Below, in pieces: positions 21,701 to 30,568 of a stretch of 63,835 bases of DNA (position 1 is the stretch's first letter; every line of letters begins with the position of its first letter). A program made the position numbers and the translations under genes. The stretch is from IMG/VR virus record IMGVR_UViG_3300007515_000008, positions 1 through 63,835 of that record. One strand, written 5' to 3'. The stretch is from a virus (taxonomy: Duplodnaviria > Caudoviricetes). The notes beneath the pieces were generated by a model. The model was not told the DNA's origin and searched no databases. It saw only the letters and a program-made list of their open reading frames with translations.

Positions 21701-22421
21701 CAAACAATCTACAAAGTTTGATGTAGCTGAGAAGAATTTATATCCACAAGGTAGAACTATCTTTACTAAAACTAAAGAAGGTAGAGATATTCAAATGAAA
21801 AGAAAGGCTACAGGAACTGAGCCTAATCCTTTTTATAGAAATGATTGGAAAGAACATCCTATTTTTAATCCTCCAGAAGTTCCAATAGGAACTTTAAAAG
21901 CTGCAACTCAAGCAGCGGTATTAATGACTCACTCACTTGATGGTATAAATGTGGCATTATCATTAACACAATTTAAGAAAGATCATACTCAAGCAGGTGT
22001 AGCCCAAATATTTGATGGCTTTTTAGTAACACCAAAAATGGCTAGACAATTAGCTACACAACTTAATAAAGATTTTCTTGATATAAATTTTGGGAAAGGT
22101 GGGCGTTCAAGAACATCAGGTCATGGTATTCTTGGTCCAGAAGATACTGTAGCTGATGCTCGTAAAGATGCTAAAAACTTAAATCTATACAATCCAGATA
22201 CACGATATGATTTCTTAATGAATAATCCTAATAATAGTAATGTATTATTATTATATAGAGCTATGGCTAGATTAGGATTTAGATGGGACGACTATAAAGG
22301 TGGTGGTCTTGTTGAAAGAATTAAAAAGTTTGAACAACAAAGAAAAGCTTATCGTAAGAAATTCTTAAAGAAAGATGGTACTTTAAACTATGATTCTACT
22401 AAGCAATACTTTTGGGATTAA
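18774..22421 (+). CDS. Putative virion-encapsidated single-subunit RNA polymerase (N4 vRNAP-like)
   Basis: FLGGNNRFY (DxxGR-equivalent), motif A EIDGTGNG, motif B RDFSKAPLMIFQYG, THSLDG, motif C QIFDGF; last gene of the ejection cluster. Confidence 0.85.
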   Translation: MGKYTGGKSSANQKTDLKKPKFNMEGFKPSEEDAGNIERKRLALSQAAKKASQIERDQRGKEIPEYSKEWSEARRARLERQLAQQEYEKVLMNLDQQSSLNNDLIDDVYGGTQDTTGQIGTPIVEEATAPEQTIYSTPEEAPDTGTGFPGNEPESLGVGPGGIAVTDPIGTMSKAPLIEAILSIPQEQRTTWMWNQLDEHGPEHYDRMQAVDREMVDQDEDTGDRPSPISKVQIPYQEKMQMMHDSHEMGRQIQREMDRLWESGQLYANQPGQPGWDRADNAAMLQRIKDGEFTVESVRDFMEGIVTTHEELARRGVPNALSDVMLHSVLHQIREAYRRKGDPDDIRGREEAIRDSGAAPTTQEENDQRIVMRAHDHREIGNLILGAMGIAPDSRNVNNTTAGTIANNMVAKVFPDLFYKDSKGNTVVSQEGFNTAERMLPMTQTILPQVKIGVRFKKKTTQSNIQRPRSGDKDVYYGDYDLVNDTIDVLDNQAWTIDQDFVRVVDALVQSVETDVNGNVVLTNIDKLIGIGPEDTGQLNNRTGERRKKDPRTGRDVLDENGQPVMEWYAGDRIKDVIFNDNMDWAIALGNDRFYYDHFLGGNNRFYISQFVGNYHSHKLARAMLMADFIEMYDTSNPVTLMELKAGIAKKFGKNKMGVQAAADYFDANIQRWSNMMDNIREDGKAIIDLAYDNDGWASVSALTEAKKLFDHLRDVEAGKSNTVYTSKFLTEIDGTGNGLAHNALQAGDFNTALLTNINPYFNAPKGTARVDKDGNLLEHDVYHVTGSGLKAQLESLADEADADYLNQAFVALGLINDKTRRDFSKAPLMIFQYGAGRNLIKRIVRENVLLMLEDEGTLNAFNQVAIAMGKDPKTKAQIQEAIEAGDFEGSSNYRDADWIIDRMGDMMVKSVESNFPMLKDLSNILSSMANAASLHQPPIDLSVITIGGHRINFGHTMWEKDEVRSFVDTVNKGDYKQSTKFDVAEKNLYPQGRTIFTKTKEGRDIQMKRKATGTEPNPFYRNDWKEHPIFNPPEVPIGTLKAATQAAVLMTHSLDGINVALSLTQFKKDHTQAGVAQIFDGFLVTPKMARQLATQLNKDFLDINFGKGGRSRTSGHGILGPEDTVADARKDAKNLNLYNPDTRYDFLMNNPNNSNVLLLYRAMARLGFRWDDYKGGGLVERIKKFEQQRKAYRKKFLKKDGTLNYDSTKQYFWD

Positions 22422-22423
22422 AT

Positions 22424-22470
22424 AAAAAAAACCTACACAGGTCATTACGACTCGTGTAGGTATTTTTTTT
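22424..22470. terminator. Bidirectional intrinsic terminator between the convergent arms
   Basis: A-run, ACCTACAC...GTGTAGGT stem, T-run, between stops at 22421 (+) and 22470 (-). Confidence 0.9.
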
Positions 22471-22787
22471 TACTTGTTAGCTGTGTAACTCTTAATAGCT
22501 TTGTCAACAACCTTTCGTCTTCGCGCTGCTTCCATAGTTGCTTTCTTTACTGCATCTTCTTGGTTCATTCCTTGACGTGTTAATACATTAGCATCCTCGA
22601 TCATGTTTAATTTTTCAATCTCACCTGCTACGTATGCATGAACATCATTACCTTTAAGATTAGGTGGTCGATCTGCATCTGTTCCACCTTTCAATATTGC
22701 TACAGCATCTAACAACTCAGCATCAGTAACACCTGTTCTAGCTAAGATGTTACTATTTTCTTCGAAGTCGTATTTTCCTTCTGCCAT
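22470..22787 (-). CDS. Hypothetical protein
   Basis: 105-aa ORF with RBS, last gene of the - arm. Confidence 0.6.
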   Translation of the reverse strand: MAEGKYDFEENSNILARTGVTDAELLDAVAILKGGTDADRPPNLKGNDVHAYVAGEIEKLNMIEDANVLTRQGMNQEDAVKKATMEAARRRKVVDKAIKSYTANK

Positions 22788-22945
22788 TCTTCTTTCTCCT
22801 TTTCATTTGCATCCATATAGGTTATTAAACCTTGTACAGGATGTACATTATCATCTATCACAAACGGACCATATTCTATAACCCATGTGGATTTCTCTCT
22901 TTCTGTGTCATCAACTACAGTAAACATAGCTTTGCATGTAGCCAT
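22742..22945 (-). CDS. Hypothetical protein
   Basis: 67-aa ORF, TAATG-coupled to the upstream gene. Confidence 0.5.
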   Translation of the reverse strand: MATCKAMFTVVDDTEREKSTWVIEYGPFVIDDNVHPVQGLITYMDANEKEKEEWQKENTTSKKIVTS

Positions 22946-23232
22946 TACTTATCTCCATCTACTAAGTTGTACCCATATATTGCCATACTTTTAAGTAAAC
23001 TTTGCAAAGCAGTTTCAGCAGCAACAGCTAAATCTTCTGATACATTGCCGTCTGAAGCTATACTGTGAGCAGCATTGGTCATTTGCCATAACTGGACACC
23101 AATGTTGCCACCAGAACACAAGTTTTCTGTATGTTGTTTATCATCTATTTTTTTTACTGTCATATCATCTCCATATTTTTTAAGTCTTTCATTATAATTA
23201 TTTAACATCTGACTTCTTGTTTCGTCAACCAT
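22945..23232 (-). CDS. Hypothetical protein
   Basis: TAAGGAGG RBS before MVDETRS. Confidence 0.55.
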   Translation of the reverse strand: MVDETRSQMLNNYNERLKKYGDDMTVKKIDDKQHTENLCSGGNIGVQLWQMTNAAHSIASDGNVSEDLAVAAETALQSLLKSMAIYGYNLVDGDK

Positions 23233-23367
23233 AATGGTATCCTCCTTATTACTTTTTCCAGTCACTTCTCCAGAGTCTGGGGTTTTTTTTAGTTAAATCT
23301 CTCTGTAGTTCTGAGGTCTTATCCTTTTGAACAAGACCCCAGTTTTCTTTCTTTTTCTTCGAGTCTT

Positions 23368-23469
23368 TTAAAGCCACGATACTAATAACAATACTACTAC
23401 AATTGCTACAAATATCATAAGGCTTTTATTACCCGTTAGTTTCATAAGGCTTTTAGTCTTAAGATCCAT
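23368..23469 (-). CDS. 33-aa membrane micro-protein (not in ORF track)
   Basis: GGAG RBS; MDLKTKSLMKLTGNKSLMIFVAIVVVLLLVSWL*. Confidence 0.5.
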   Translation of the reverse strand: MDLKTKSLMKLTGNKSLMIFVAIVVVLLLVSWL

Positions 23470-23480
23470 TTTACTCTCCG

Positions 23481-23723
23481 TTAATCAGATAATTCTTTCG
23501 TGATGTCTTTATCTAATAATTTCCAGATAATGGCTGCGGCTATAAGGCCCGCCAGTCCAGCATTACCGAGCGTCCACACTATATCTAGTATACTACCGAT
23601 AACGTTCCCAGTTAGGAATGCTACTTGACTACCAAATATAATTTGAAGCACAATTGATAAGCTGATTAACTTAATGCCTACATCGATCGCGGCATCAGCT
23701 CCGTTCTTTATTTTATCTAACAT
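23481..23723 (-). CDS. Small two-TM membrane protein
   Basis: 80 aa, two hydrophobic helices (IVLQIIFG; LGNAGLAGLIAAAIIW), AGGAG RBS. Confidence 0.7.
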   Translation of the reverse strand: MLDKIKNGADAAIDVGIKLISLSIVLQIIFGSQVAFLTGNVIGSILDIVWTLGNAGLAGLIAAAIIWKLLDKDITKELSD

Positions 23724-23745
23724 GCTATCTCCTATAAAATTAAAA

Positions 23746-24711
23746 TCACCAACCCCACTCTCCTACCATACCAACCGTAGAATAGTCTGTTACAGTTTTC
23801 TCAAAGAAATTACTAAGAGAATCACCTGAGGTTAAATCTTCAACCCAAGGTAAAGGATTAGTCTTTACTTTAAAGTTTCCTTTAAAGCCTAGTTGGATTA
23901 ATCTTCTATCAGCTAAGTATTTTATATAATCTTTAACCTCTTTCTTATCTAAGCCTTCAATATCTCCGGCTGCATAAGCAAGATCAATCACTTTTTCTTC
24001 TAACTTAACTACTTTTCTAGCCATTTCATATATATCTGACTTGAATTCATCAGTTAGAATTCTACTATGCTCTCCACAAAACTCTCTAAACAACTTACTC
24101 ATTCCTTCAACATGTAGAGTTTCGTCACGTATACTCCATTCTATAACTGTTCCCATGCCCTTCATTTTACCACGTCTCTGATAATTCAGTAGCATAGCGA
24201 AAGCTGAGAATAAAGTTACTCCTTCATTAAATACAGATAGAGCTATAGATTTAGCTATTCCTTGGTGGGAATTAACATCTGCACCTCTCATGAAGTTTGC
24301 TTTGTTTACCATTTGTTTATATTCTAAGAATGTACTGTATTCTTTTTCATGTAAACCTAGTGTATCATTCAGTAAGGCATAAGCCCTCTGGTGTATACCT
24401 TCCCTTGCTGCGATCGATAATAACATTGATCTAATTTCATTATTAGGGAATTTAGGTATATAAAAGTCGCAGTAATTCTGAGCCACAATAACATCAGCTG
24501 AGGTAAACAACCTAAGTATAGATGTTATATGTTCTTTCTCAACATCAAGTAACTCTCCGTTTTTCCATTGAGTTACGTCTTCAGCTAGGTTTATTTCTTT
24601 TTCTGTCCAATGTATATCCTCATGTTGCTCAGCTAATTCTATAGCCCAAGGAAATTGGAACGGTTTAAATACTATATTTTCTTCCATTAATCCCATAATA
24701 TCACCCCTCAC
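23746..24711 (-). CDS. nrdB: Ribonucleotide reductase class Ia beta subunit
   Basis: HWTEKE, EGIHQRAY, EGVTLFSAF, WSIRDETLH, NFFE...DY ferritin-like motifs; start may be 24696. Confidence 0.95.
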   Translation of the reverse strand: MRGDIMGLMEENIVFKPFQFPWAIELAEQHEDIHWTEKEINLAEDVTQWKNGELLDVEKEHITSILRLFTSADVIVAQNYCDFYIPKFPNNEIRSMLLSIAAREGIHQRAYALLNDTLGLHEKEYSTFLEYKQMVNKANFMRGADVNSHQGIAKSIALSVFNEGVTLFSAFAMLLNYQRRGKMKGMGTVIEWSIRDETLHVEGMSKLFREFCGEHSRILTDEFKSDIYEMARKVVKLEEKVIDLAYAAGDIEGLDKKEVKDYIKYLADRRLIQLGFKGNFKVKTNPLPWVEDLTSGDSLSNFFEKTVTDYSTVGMVGEWGW

Positions 24712-26476
24712 ACGCTAAACATTCATCAGTAGCATCACCAAGAGCTACTCTTTCAACTCTTTGACCCATGTTTTCAGCCACTTGAGTGCTTGACGTTCGT
24801 AGATAATATAATGTTTTTAATTTCTTATTGAATGCGCTAAGATGTACGCTGTTAACATATGATTTATCTGATCCAGCTGGAAAGAATAAGTTAACACTTT
24901 GTGATTGACATATATATTTTTGTCTATCACTTGCGTGTTGTACAATCCAATGCTGATCTAATTCAAATGCTGTTTTAAATACATCGCGCTCCCAATCAGT
25001 TAAGTAGTCTAGTTGTTGAACAGATCCTTGATGGTGACCTATATTCCGCCACTCTCTTTCTAGCCATTCTTTATCCTTACCTAGTCTTAACCTGTGCTCT
25101 TCCATCACCTCTTTCAGGTGTTTGTTTTTTATTAAGTGTGAACCAACCCTGGTTTTATGTATAAAACTATTAGATTTAATAGGTTCTATAGACGGGGATG
25201 TTCCTATGATCATTCCGCTGTTAGCATTCGGCGCTATAGCTAAGAGATGACTATTTCTATCACCACTTCCTTTACCAAAAGGATATTCATACTTACGTTT
25301 AGCTAAGTTTTTAGTAGCTTTTTTAGCTCTGCTTTTAATATGTGAAAATATTCTTTTGTTCTGACCTACTGCTAAAGCAGATTCCCATGGAATGCTTTTA
25401 GATTGTAAGTAAGAATGAAAACCCATAGCTCCTAATCCTAAAGATCTCTCTGTCTTAGCACTGTTCACCGCTCTAAATAAAGGCTCTGGTGCTTGAGCTA
25501 TAAATTTAGTTAATACGTTATCTAACATTTCAATTAAATCTTCTACTATAGTAGAGTCTTTCCACTCATCAAACTTTTCTAAGTTCAAACTACTTAAACA
25601 GCAAACAGCTGTTCTCTTTGAATCAGTAGGTAGTATAATCTCAGCACAAAGATTACTACCTTTTACTTCTAATCCTTTCTTTTTAAGAAATTCAGGTAGT
25701 TTTCTATTGCTTTCATCGATGAAGTGAATATAAGGTTCACCTGTTCTAAAGCGAGTTTCCAGTATTCTTTCCCATAGTTCTCTCGCACGGATCGTATCAC
25801 GTATTGTATCATCGTGAGGATCAATAAGATCCCAATCACTGTCATTAGTAACACATTCCATAAAAGCATCAGTAATATTAACAGCATTGTTAATGTTAAA
25901 GCACTTGCGATTTGAATCACCACCAGAGGGAATCCTGATATTGAGGAACTCGATAATATCTGGGTGTCTGACGTCCAAGTATGCTGCATAACTCCCCTTC
26001 CTTGTTTGTCCTTGTTTATAAGCAGTCATCGCTGAGTCTGCTACCTTAATAAAAGGTATAGGACTCGGAGCTTTATCACTCACAGCTCTTACATCTGACC
26101 AATGACCTCCAACACCTCCACCTTTAACACTTAACCAAGCTAATTCTGATTGATGATCTATCAAACCTTCTAATGTATCAGGTATATAATTCAGAAAACA
26201 ACTTATAGGTAAGCCTAATGGTTTCTCTCCTGGAGCTGGTGCGTTACTTAATATAGGACTACTAAACATAAACCAACCATTACTGACTCCGTCATATAAT
26301 CGTTGAGCTAATTTCATATCTTTTTCGCAATATGCTAAACATGCTCTAGCATAAGCCTCTTGTGGAGATCTTTCTTTTCCTCTAAGATAGTGAGCTTTTA
26401 ATAAATCAATAGCTTGATCGCTTATTTCTCTATCTTTAGATCTGTTTATTTCTATTCCTAAATATTTACTTTTCAT
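24701..26476 (-). CDS. nrdA: Ribonucleotide reductase class Ia alpha subunit (short, no ATP cone)
   Basis: PISCF, KGGGVG, SNLCAE, AVCCLSSLNL, AIAPNANS, TLYY, C-terminal CLACEG. Confidence 0.96.
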   Translation of the reverse strand: MKSKYLGIEINRSKDREISDQAIDLLKAHYLRGKERSPQEAYARACLAYCEKDMKLAQRLYDGVSNGWFMFSSPILSNAPAPGEKPLGLPISCFLNYIPDTLEGLIDHQSELAWLSVKGGGVGGHWSDVRAVSDKAPSPIPFIKVADSAMTAYKQGQTRKGSYAAYLDVRHPDIIEFLNIRIPSGGDSNRKCFNINNAVNITDAFMECVTNDSDWDLIDPHDDTIRDTIRARELWERILETRFRTGEPYIHFIDESNRKLPEFLKKKGLEVKGSNLCAEIILPTDSKRTAVCCLSSLNLEKFDEWKDSTIVEDLIEMLDNVLTKFIAQAPEPLFRAVNSAKTERSLGLGAMGFHSYLQSKSIPWESALAVGQNKRIFSHIKSRAKKATKNLAKRKYEYPFGKGSGDRNSHLLAIAPNANSGMIIGTSPSIEPIKSNSFIHKTRVGSHLIKNKHLKEVMEEHRLRLGKDKEWLEREWRNIGHHQGSVQQLDYLTDWERDVFKTAFELDQHWIVQHASDRQKYICQSQSVNLFFPAGSDKSYVNSVHLSAFNKKLKTLYYLRTSSTQVAENMGQRVERVALGDATDECLACEG

Positions 26477-26478
26477 TT

Positions 26479-26682
26479 TTAATCCTCTTTAATAACTTTA
26501 ACTTCTATTATTTCATCTCCGTCGTTATCACGGCTGATGTTGTACTTTATTCTTGATCTTGCATGTTCCTTTAAAGCATAACATATACCGTCTTCAAATG
26601 ATGTTTGTTTTTCTCTACGCATCCAAAGGTAGATAAACAAACAAGTTCCTATTGTGCTAATTATTATTTGATAAGTTTCCAT
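26479..26682 (-). CDS. Small membrane-anchored protein
   Basis: 67 aa, N-terminal TM helix, AAGGAG RBS. Confidence 0.55.
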   Translation of the reverse strand: METYQIIISTIGTCLFIYLWMRREKQTSFEDGICYALKEHARSRIKYNISRDNDGDEIIEVKVIKED

Positions 26683-26692
26683 ATCTTTCTCC

Positions 26693-26872
26693 TTAATGAT
26701 ATTTATTAATTTCGTCTAACTCTAAAGTTAGATATTCAAAGCCAAGTTTCTTAAGCTCTTCGCAAGTTTGCAGCCAAGCTATACATTCTGTTAAAACTCT
26801 TTCGTCTTTCGAGTGTGTTATTACTGTTTTTATTTTACTTTTTACATCATTCACGTGTATCTGTTGACTCAC
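26693..26872 (-). CDS. 59-aa hypothetical protein (not in ORF track)
   Basis: GTG start after AAGGAG; fills the gap between neighbours. Confidence 0.5.
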   Translation of the reverse strand: MSQQIHVNDVKSKIKTVITHSKDERVLTECIAWLQTCEELKKLGFEYLTLELDEINKYH

Positions 26873-27284
26873 ATTCTTCTCCTTCTATTTCTAATATAAC
26901 ATAATCTTCCTTATTATCGTCATACCCTCCGAAATGTGATGAGAATCCAGTTACTATTTCATTGTGATCATCTTTAATAGCTTCATATTCTACCATTGCA
27001 TCCATTAAAAACTTGTGCAATGCCCACGTAAAGTTATCTATATCTCGTTTTCTTTTGTTTCCGAAATATAAAGTATAATGTATTGTTAATTTATTGTATT
27101 TTGGTAAAGACTCCACGAAGTTTTTTACTTCCTCGTGGTAGTCTTTTTTAGCTTTAGCTAGTGTTGCCCAATGTAAATTTCTATATAAATTACCAGTAAG
27201 TATTCCAGCTTTACCTTTCTTTATATATAATGGGAAGTTCAACCTAGCTATCAACCTTTTGCTCCTGTCATTGTAATAGTCCAA
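26847..27284 (-). CDS. RusA-like Holliday junction resolvase
   Basis: RDIDNF...KFLMDAMV...IKDD motif. Confidence 0.8.
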   Translation of the reverse strand: MDYYNDRSKRLIARLNFPLYIKKGKAGILTGNLYRNLHWATLAKAKKDYHEEVKNFVESLPKYNKLTIHYTLYFGNKRKRDIDNFTWALHKFLMDAMVEYEAIKDDHNEIVTGFSSHFGGYDDNKEDYVILEIEGEECESTDTRE

Positions 27285-28087
27285 CGATCTTTATCAGGAT
27301 TATGTCGTACTCTTACTCCAGCTCCTTGATGAGACTGACCGTCGCATAGTTCTATTAACTTTTTCTTCATAGTTTCCATGCGTCCTTCTTGTAGTTGCTT
27401 TTCTTCACGTGCCATTTTCCAGAAGAATGCTAACTCTTTCCATTCTTGATCTTCACGTTTAATAATATCATTAACTCCAGGCTCAGGTTTCCCCTTAAAA
27501 TATTCTTTCCATGAACTTAAGATATCATCACGGAGTTCTGGTTGGGTTTTATGAATCCTATGTAGACCTTCTTTATTATGTCTGTCATAAACCCAAAAGT
27601 TACAATGATCTTCACCTGAAAGTAACATTTGTTGTTCCATTTGAATTTGATATTGAAATGGAAGTTCTTCATTATTTAACATTGTCTTCCATAATGGAGA
27701 CTCTGATCCATTTAATGGTACTTTGATTTCTACAATCTCAGATCCACTCCATTTCTGACGACCATCTAATGAAGCCATTAACGGTAATCCTTCTATTTCG
27801 TCAACTATACAGCATGGTTCGAAAACAGTTCCATGATAATGTTGCCAAGATTCTCTAGCTTCATCTTCAAATTCACTACCTATTGTCATCGCGAAGTTTT
27901 GTTTAACTTCTAACTCTCCGTTCTTTAACTCCCATAGTTGTAATGGTGTTTTAGGAATCCACGGACTAACGCCCATAGCTGAAGCAGCTTCAGAAGCTGT
28001 ACCATATTTCCTTCTAAACTTTAACCAAAGTTCACTACCTTGTGGCATTGAATTTTCGTCATACAACCTTGTTGTTTCACTATACAT
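27251..28087 (-). CDS. YqaJ/lambda-exonuclease-like nuclease
   Basis: QGSELWLKFR...TASE, ASLDG...EIK, YQIQMEQQM. Confidence 0.9.
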   Translation of the reverse strand: MYSETTRLYDENSMPQGSELWLKFRRKYGTASEAASAMGVSPWIPKTPLQLWELKNGELEVKQNFAMTIGSEFEDEARESWQHYHGTVFEPCCIVDEIEGLPLMASLDGRQKWSGSEIVEIKVPLNGSESPLWKTMLNNEELPFQYQIQMEQQMLLSGEDHCNFWVYDRHNKEGLHRIHKTQPELRDDILSSWKEYFKGKPEPGVNDIIKREDQEWKELAFFWKMAREEKQLQEGRMETMKKKLIELCDGQSHQGAGVRVRHNPDKDRWTITMTGAKG

Positions 28088-28101
28088 ATTATTACTCCTT
28101 A

Positions 28102-29595
28102 TTATTTTCTACGTTTAGCCCATTTTATTTGAAGATGTTTAATATAACTCATCGTCTCTTTGTTAGGCTTTTCTGCAACGGCATCTTTAAAATTAGGATA
28201 ATTATCAAACCGTTCTTTATACTTATGATTAGCCCAGTTTTCTTTATAACCTTTGATCACAGTATATCCGAGTAGTTGTTGATAAAACTCTTTCCTAAAA
28301 TTCTCACCGTATTTCTCTTTTCTTTCTACTTTCTTTGTCTTTTTATTTACTAAACCTAATTCAGCATCTATAAACTCGACATAAGAACTTTTTATTACAT
28401 GAACCTTTCCGCAACTTGGACAAACGTTATGACCGCTGAATGTTCTAAAACATCCTTCGCAAATTATTAAACGTTCTTCTCGTTCTTTAGGTTCAACTCT
28501 TTCATTTTCTTTTACTTTTCCAACAGATAATATCCAGTTGTGATCGTCTGTTGCTAATCCATTTGTATATACAGCACCAGAATGATCTATAACTATTGCT
28601 TTATCTTTTGACGGATGTGGACGCAGCACTCTTCCTACCATTTGAATATATAATCCTAAAGATCTTGTTGGTCTTGCTAATACACAAACTTGAGCTTTTG
28701 GTGCATCAAATCCTTCAGTAAGTACCATGCAATTACATATTACTGTTATTTTACCAGAATCAAAATCTTCAAGTATTTTTACTCTTTCTTTTGTTGGTGT
28801 TTGTCCATCTAAATGAGCAGCTTTAATTCCATTATCTACAAAAGCTTCAGTAAGATTTCTACTGTGTTTCACACCTGAAGCAAATACCAAAGTTCTTTTA
28901 TCTTCCGCTAAATGCTTCCAAGTTCTTATAACGTCTCCAACTAGTTTCGGTAAATCCATACGTCTACTTAATTCTTTAGCATTATAATCACCTGCTACTA
29001 ATCCTATACCTTTAAGATCTGGAATACTTGGTGAATAATATATAGCTTCTATTAAACTTCCCATTTTTGTAAGAGTTTTAATTCCTGGTGCTTTAACCAT
29101 TTTAGAATACATAGAGCCTAATCCCATTCCATCAGATCTAACTGGTGTAGCTGTTAATCCTACAATTAAACTTTTACTATATAAATTTATTAATTTTCGA
29201 TATGTATTACTCATTGATCTATGAGCTTCATCAATAACTATTAAATCTGCTTTAGGTAATTCCATTTTCTTTTTTGTTATTGCTCTAGCACGTAGAGTAT
29301 CTATTGAAGCTATTTGTACTGAAGCAAATTCATTTTCTTTTTTATGATTAGCCATAATAACTCCATGTCTTACTCCGAAGTCATTTAACTTATCTGATGT
29401 TTGTATAATTAATTCACGTCTATGAGCTAAGAATAATACTTTTTTATCTTTATCTACAAATGCTTTTACTAATGCTGAAGCCATAACAGTTTTACCTGAA
29501 CCTGTAGCAGCTTGTAATATTATTCTTCTATGTCCTGCTCTTTCAACTTTAATTAATTTGTTTAAAACATCTTTTTGATATTGTCTAAGTTTCAT
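28102..29595 (-). CDS. SF2 (DEAH) DNA helicase with C-terminal Zn finger
   Basis: LRQYQ, ATGSGKT, DEAH, TAT, QMVGRVLR, CEGC...CPSC. Confidence 0.93.
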   Translation of the reverse strand: MKLRQYQKDVLNKLIKVERAGHRRIILQAATGSGKTVMASALVKAFVDKDKKVLFLAHRRELIIQTSDKLNDFGVRHGVIMANHKKENEFASVQIASIDTLRARAITKKKMELPKADLIVIDEAHRSMSNTYRKLINLYSKSLIVGLTATPVRSDGMGLGSMYSKMVKAPGIKTLTKMGSLIEAIYYSPSIPDLKGIGLVAGDYNAKELSRRMDLPKLVGDVIRTWKHLAEDKRTLVFASGVKHSRNLTEAFVDNGIKAAHLDGQTPTKERVKILEDFDSGKITVICNCMVLTEGFDAPKAQVCVLARPTRSLGLYIQMVGRVLRPHPSKDKAIVIDHSGAVYTNGLATDDHNWILSVGKVKENERVEPKEREERLIICEGCFRTFSGHNVCPSCGKVHVIKSSYVEFIDAELGLVNKKTKKVERKEKYGENFRKEFYQQLLGYTVIKGYKENWANHKYKERFDNYPNFKDAVAEKPNKETMSYIKHLQIKWAKRRK

Positions 29596-29660
29596 TCTGT
29601 ATACCATTGAAATAATATACATAATAAAAACCCTGTCATTAATATTATTTTTATTATCAT
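29592..29660 (-). CDS. 22-aa hydrophobic micro-protein coupled to the helicase start
   Basis: TAAGGAG RBS; MIIKIILMTGFLLCILFQWYTE*; ATGA overlap. Confidence 0.45.
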   Translation of the reverse strand: MIIKIILMTGFLLCILFQWYTE

Positions 29661-29684
29661 CTTATACTCCTTATTATTTATAAC

Positions 29685-29725
29685 ATCTATCGAGGACACT
29701 GGATGGGCCAATGTCCTCTGTAGAT
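29685..29725 (-). promoter_or_regulatory. Long intergenic hairpin (processing site or terminator)
   Basis: GAGGACATTGG-CCCAT-CCAGTGTCCTC with flanking ATCTA/TAGAT pairing. Confidence 0.55.
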
Positions 29726-29735
29726 ATTACTGTTT

Positions 29736-30227
29736 TTAGAACATTATATCTTCGTCATCATCACTAACTGCTTCAAGTGGTTTTTCTGATTTTTCAGAGA
29801 AAGTAAATTCAACACTGTCGCTTTGTGCTCCAGAGTATTCATTTAAATCTACAACTTGAACAGCAATTAATTCAGCTGACTTTCCTTTTTGACCTTGAAA
29901 CTCCCATTCGCGGACTGAATATTGTACATTACATACAGAATCATTACCAATAATAAGTGGATCCATTGAGTCACCAAACTTATCAACTACCATAGGTGGT
30001 TTCTTTGGGTCTCCAGAATTGCGCCATACACAGTCTTTCTTAAGTTTAATGAACGTAAGTCCATCTTTATCTTTAACTGCTGGTTTAACTCCAGAATCTT
30101 CCCAGGATTTAGCTTGTTCAGGTGAAAGCAAACAGTCAATAGACCATTCTTTTTCATCTGACATATACTTAGTTCCTGCGTTGTCGCCTAGTTTAGGCCA
30201 TAGTACTTTAGTGTTTTCTAATATCAC
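29736..30227 (-). CDS. T7 gp2.5-like ssDNA-binding protein
   Basis: PPMVVD...IIGNDSVCNV...LIAVQVVDL.EY; acidic tail ending DDDEDIMF. Confidence 0.8.
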   Translation of the reverse strand: MILENTKVLWPKLGDNAGTKYMSDEKEWSIDCLLSPEQAKSWEDSGVKPAVKDKDGLTFIKLKKDCVWRNSGDPKKPPMVVDKFGDSMDPLIIGNDSVCNVQYSVREWEFQGQKGKSAELIAVQVVDLNEYSGAQSDSVEFTFSEKSEKPLEAVSDDDEDIMF

Positions 30228-30239
30228 TTTTATTACTCC

Positions 30240-30551
30240 TTAATTGTTAAACATATTTTTATCACTATTTTGACCTGGAACATCACCGTCCATATAAGCT
30301 ATAAAGAAAGTGGTGTAGTTTATCAGGTCCACACAAGAGTCCTGAACGGACTCAAAGTTCGTACTGTCACGAGTTTCCATTTGCTCCATAACAGATTTAA
30401 TTCTTAACATTTTTGCCCACATAATATCATATATAGACTGTACACCTCTAGGATAATAATCAGCTTGAGTCACTGATGATTTTCCAGTATAGTCTTGGGC
30501 TTTCTTTTCCATTACTTCTTGACAATGTGTCAAGGCTTCTATTGATGTCAT
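30240..30551 (-). CDS. Nucleotide-modification-associated domain 1 (Nmad1)-like all-alpha protein
   Basis: KKAQDY...KMLRI...ESVQDSCVDLINY; adjacent to the TS-family gene. Confidence 0.7.
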   Translation of the reverse strand: MTSIEALTHCQEVMEKKAQDYTGKSSVTQADYYPRGVQSIYDIMWAKMLRIKSVMEQMETRDSTNFESVQDSCVDLINYTTFFIAYMDGDVPGQNSDKNMFNN

Positions 30552-30568
30552 ATTATTACTCCTTATTA

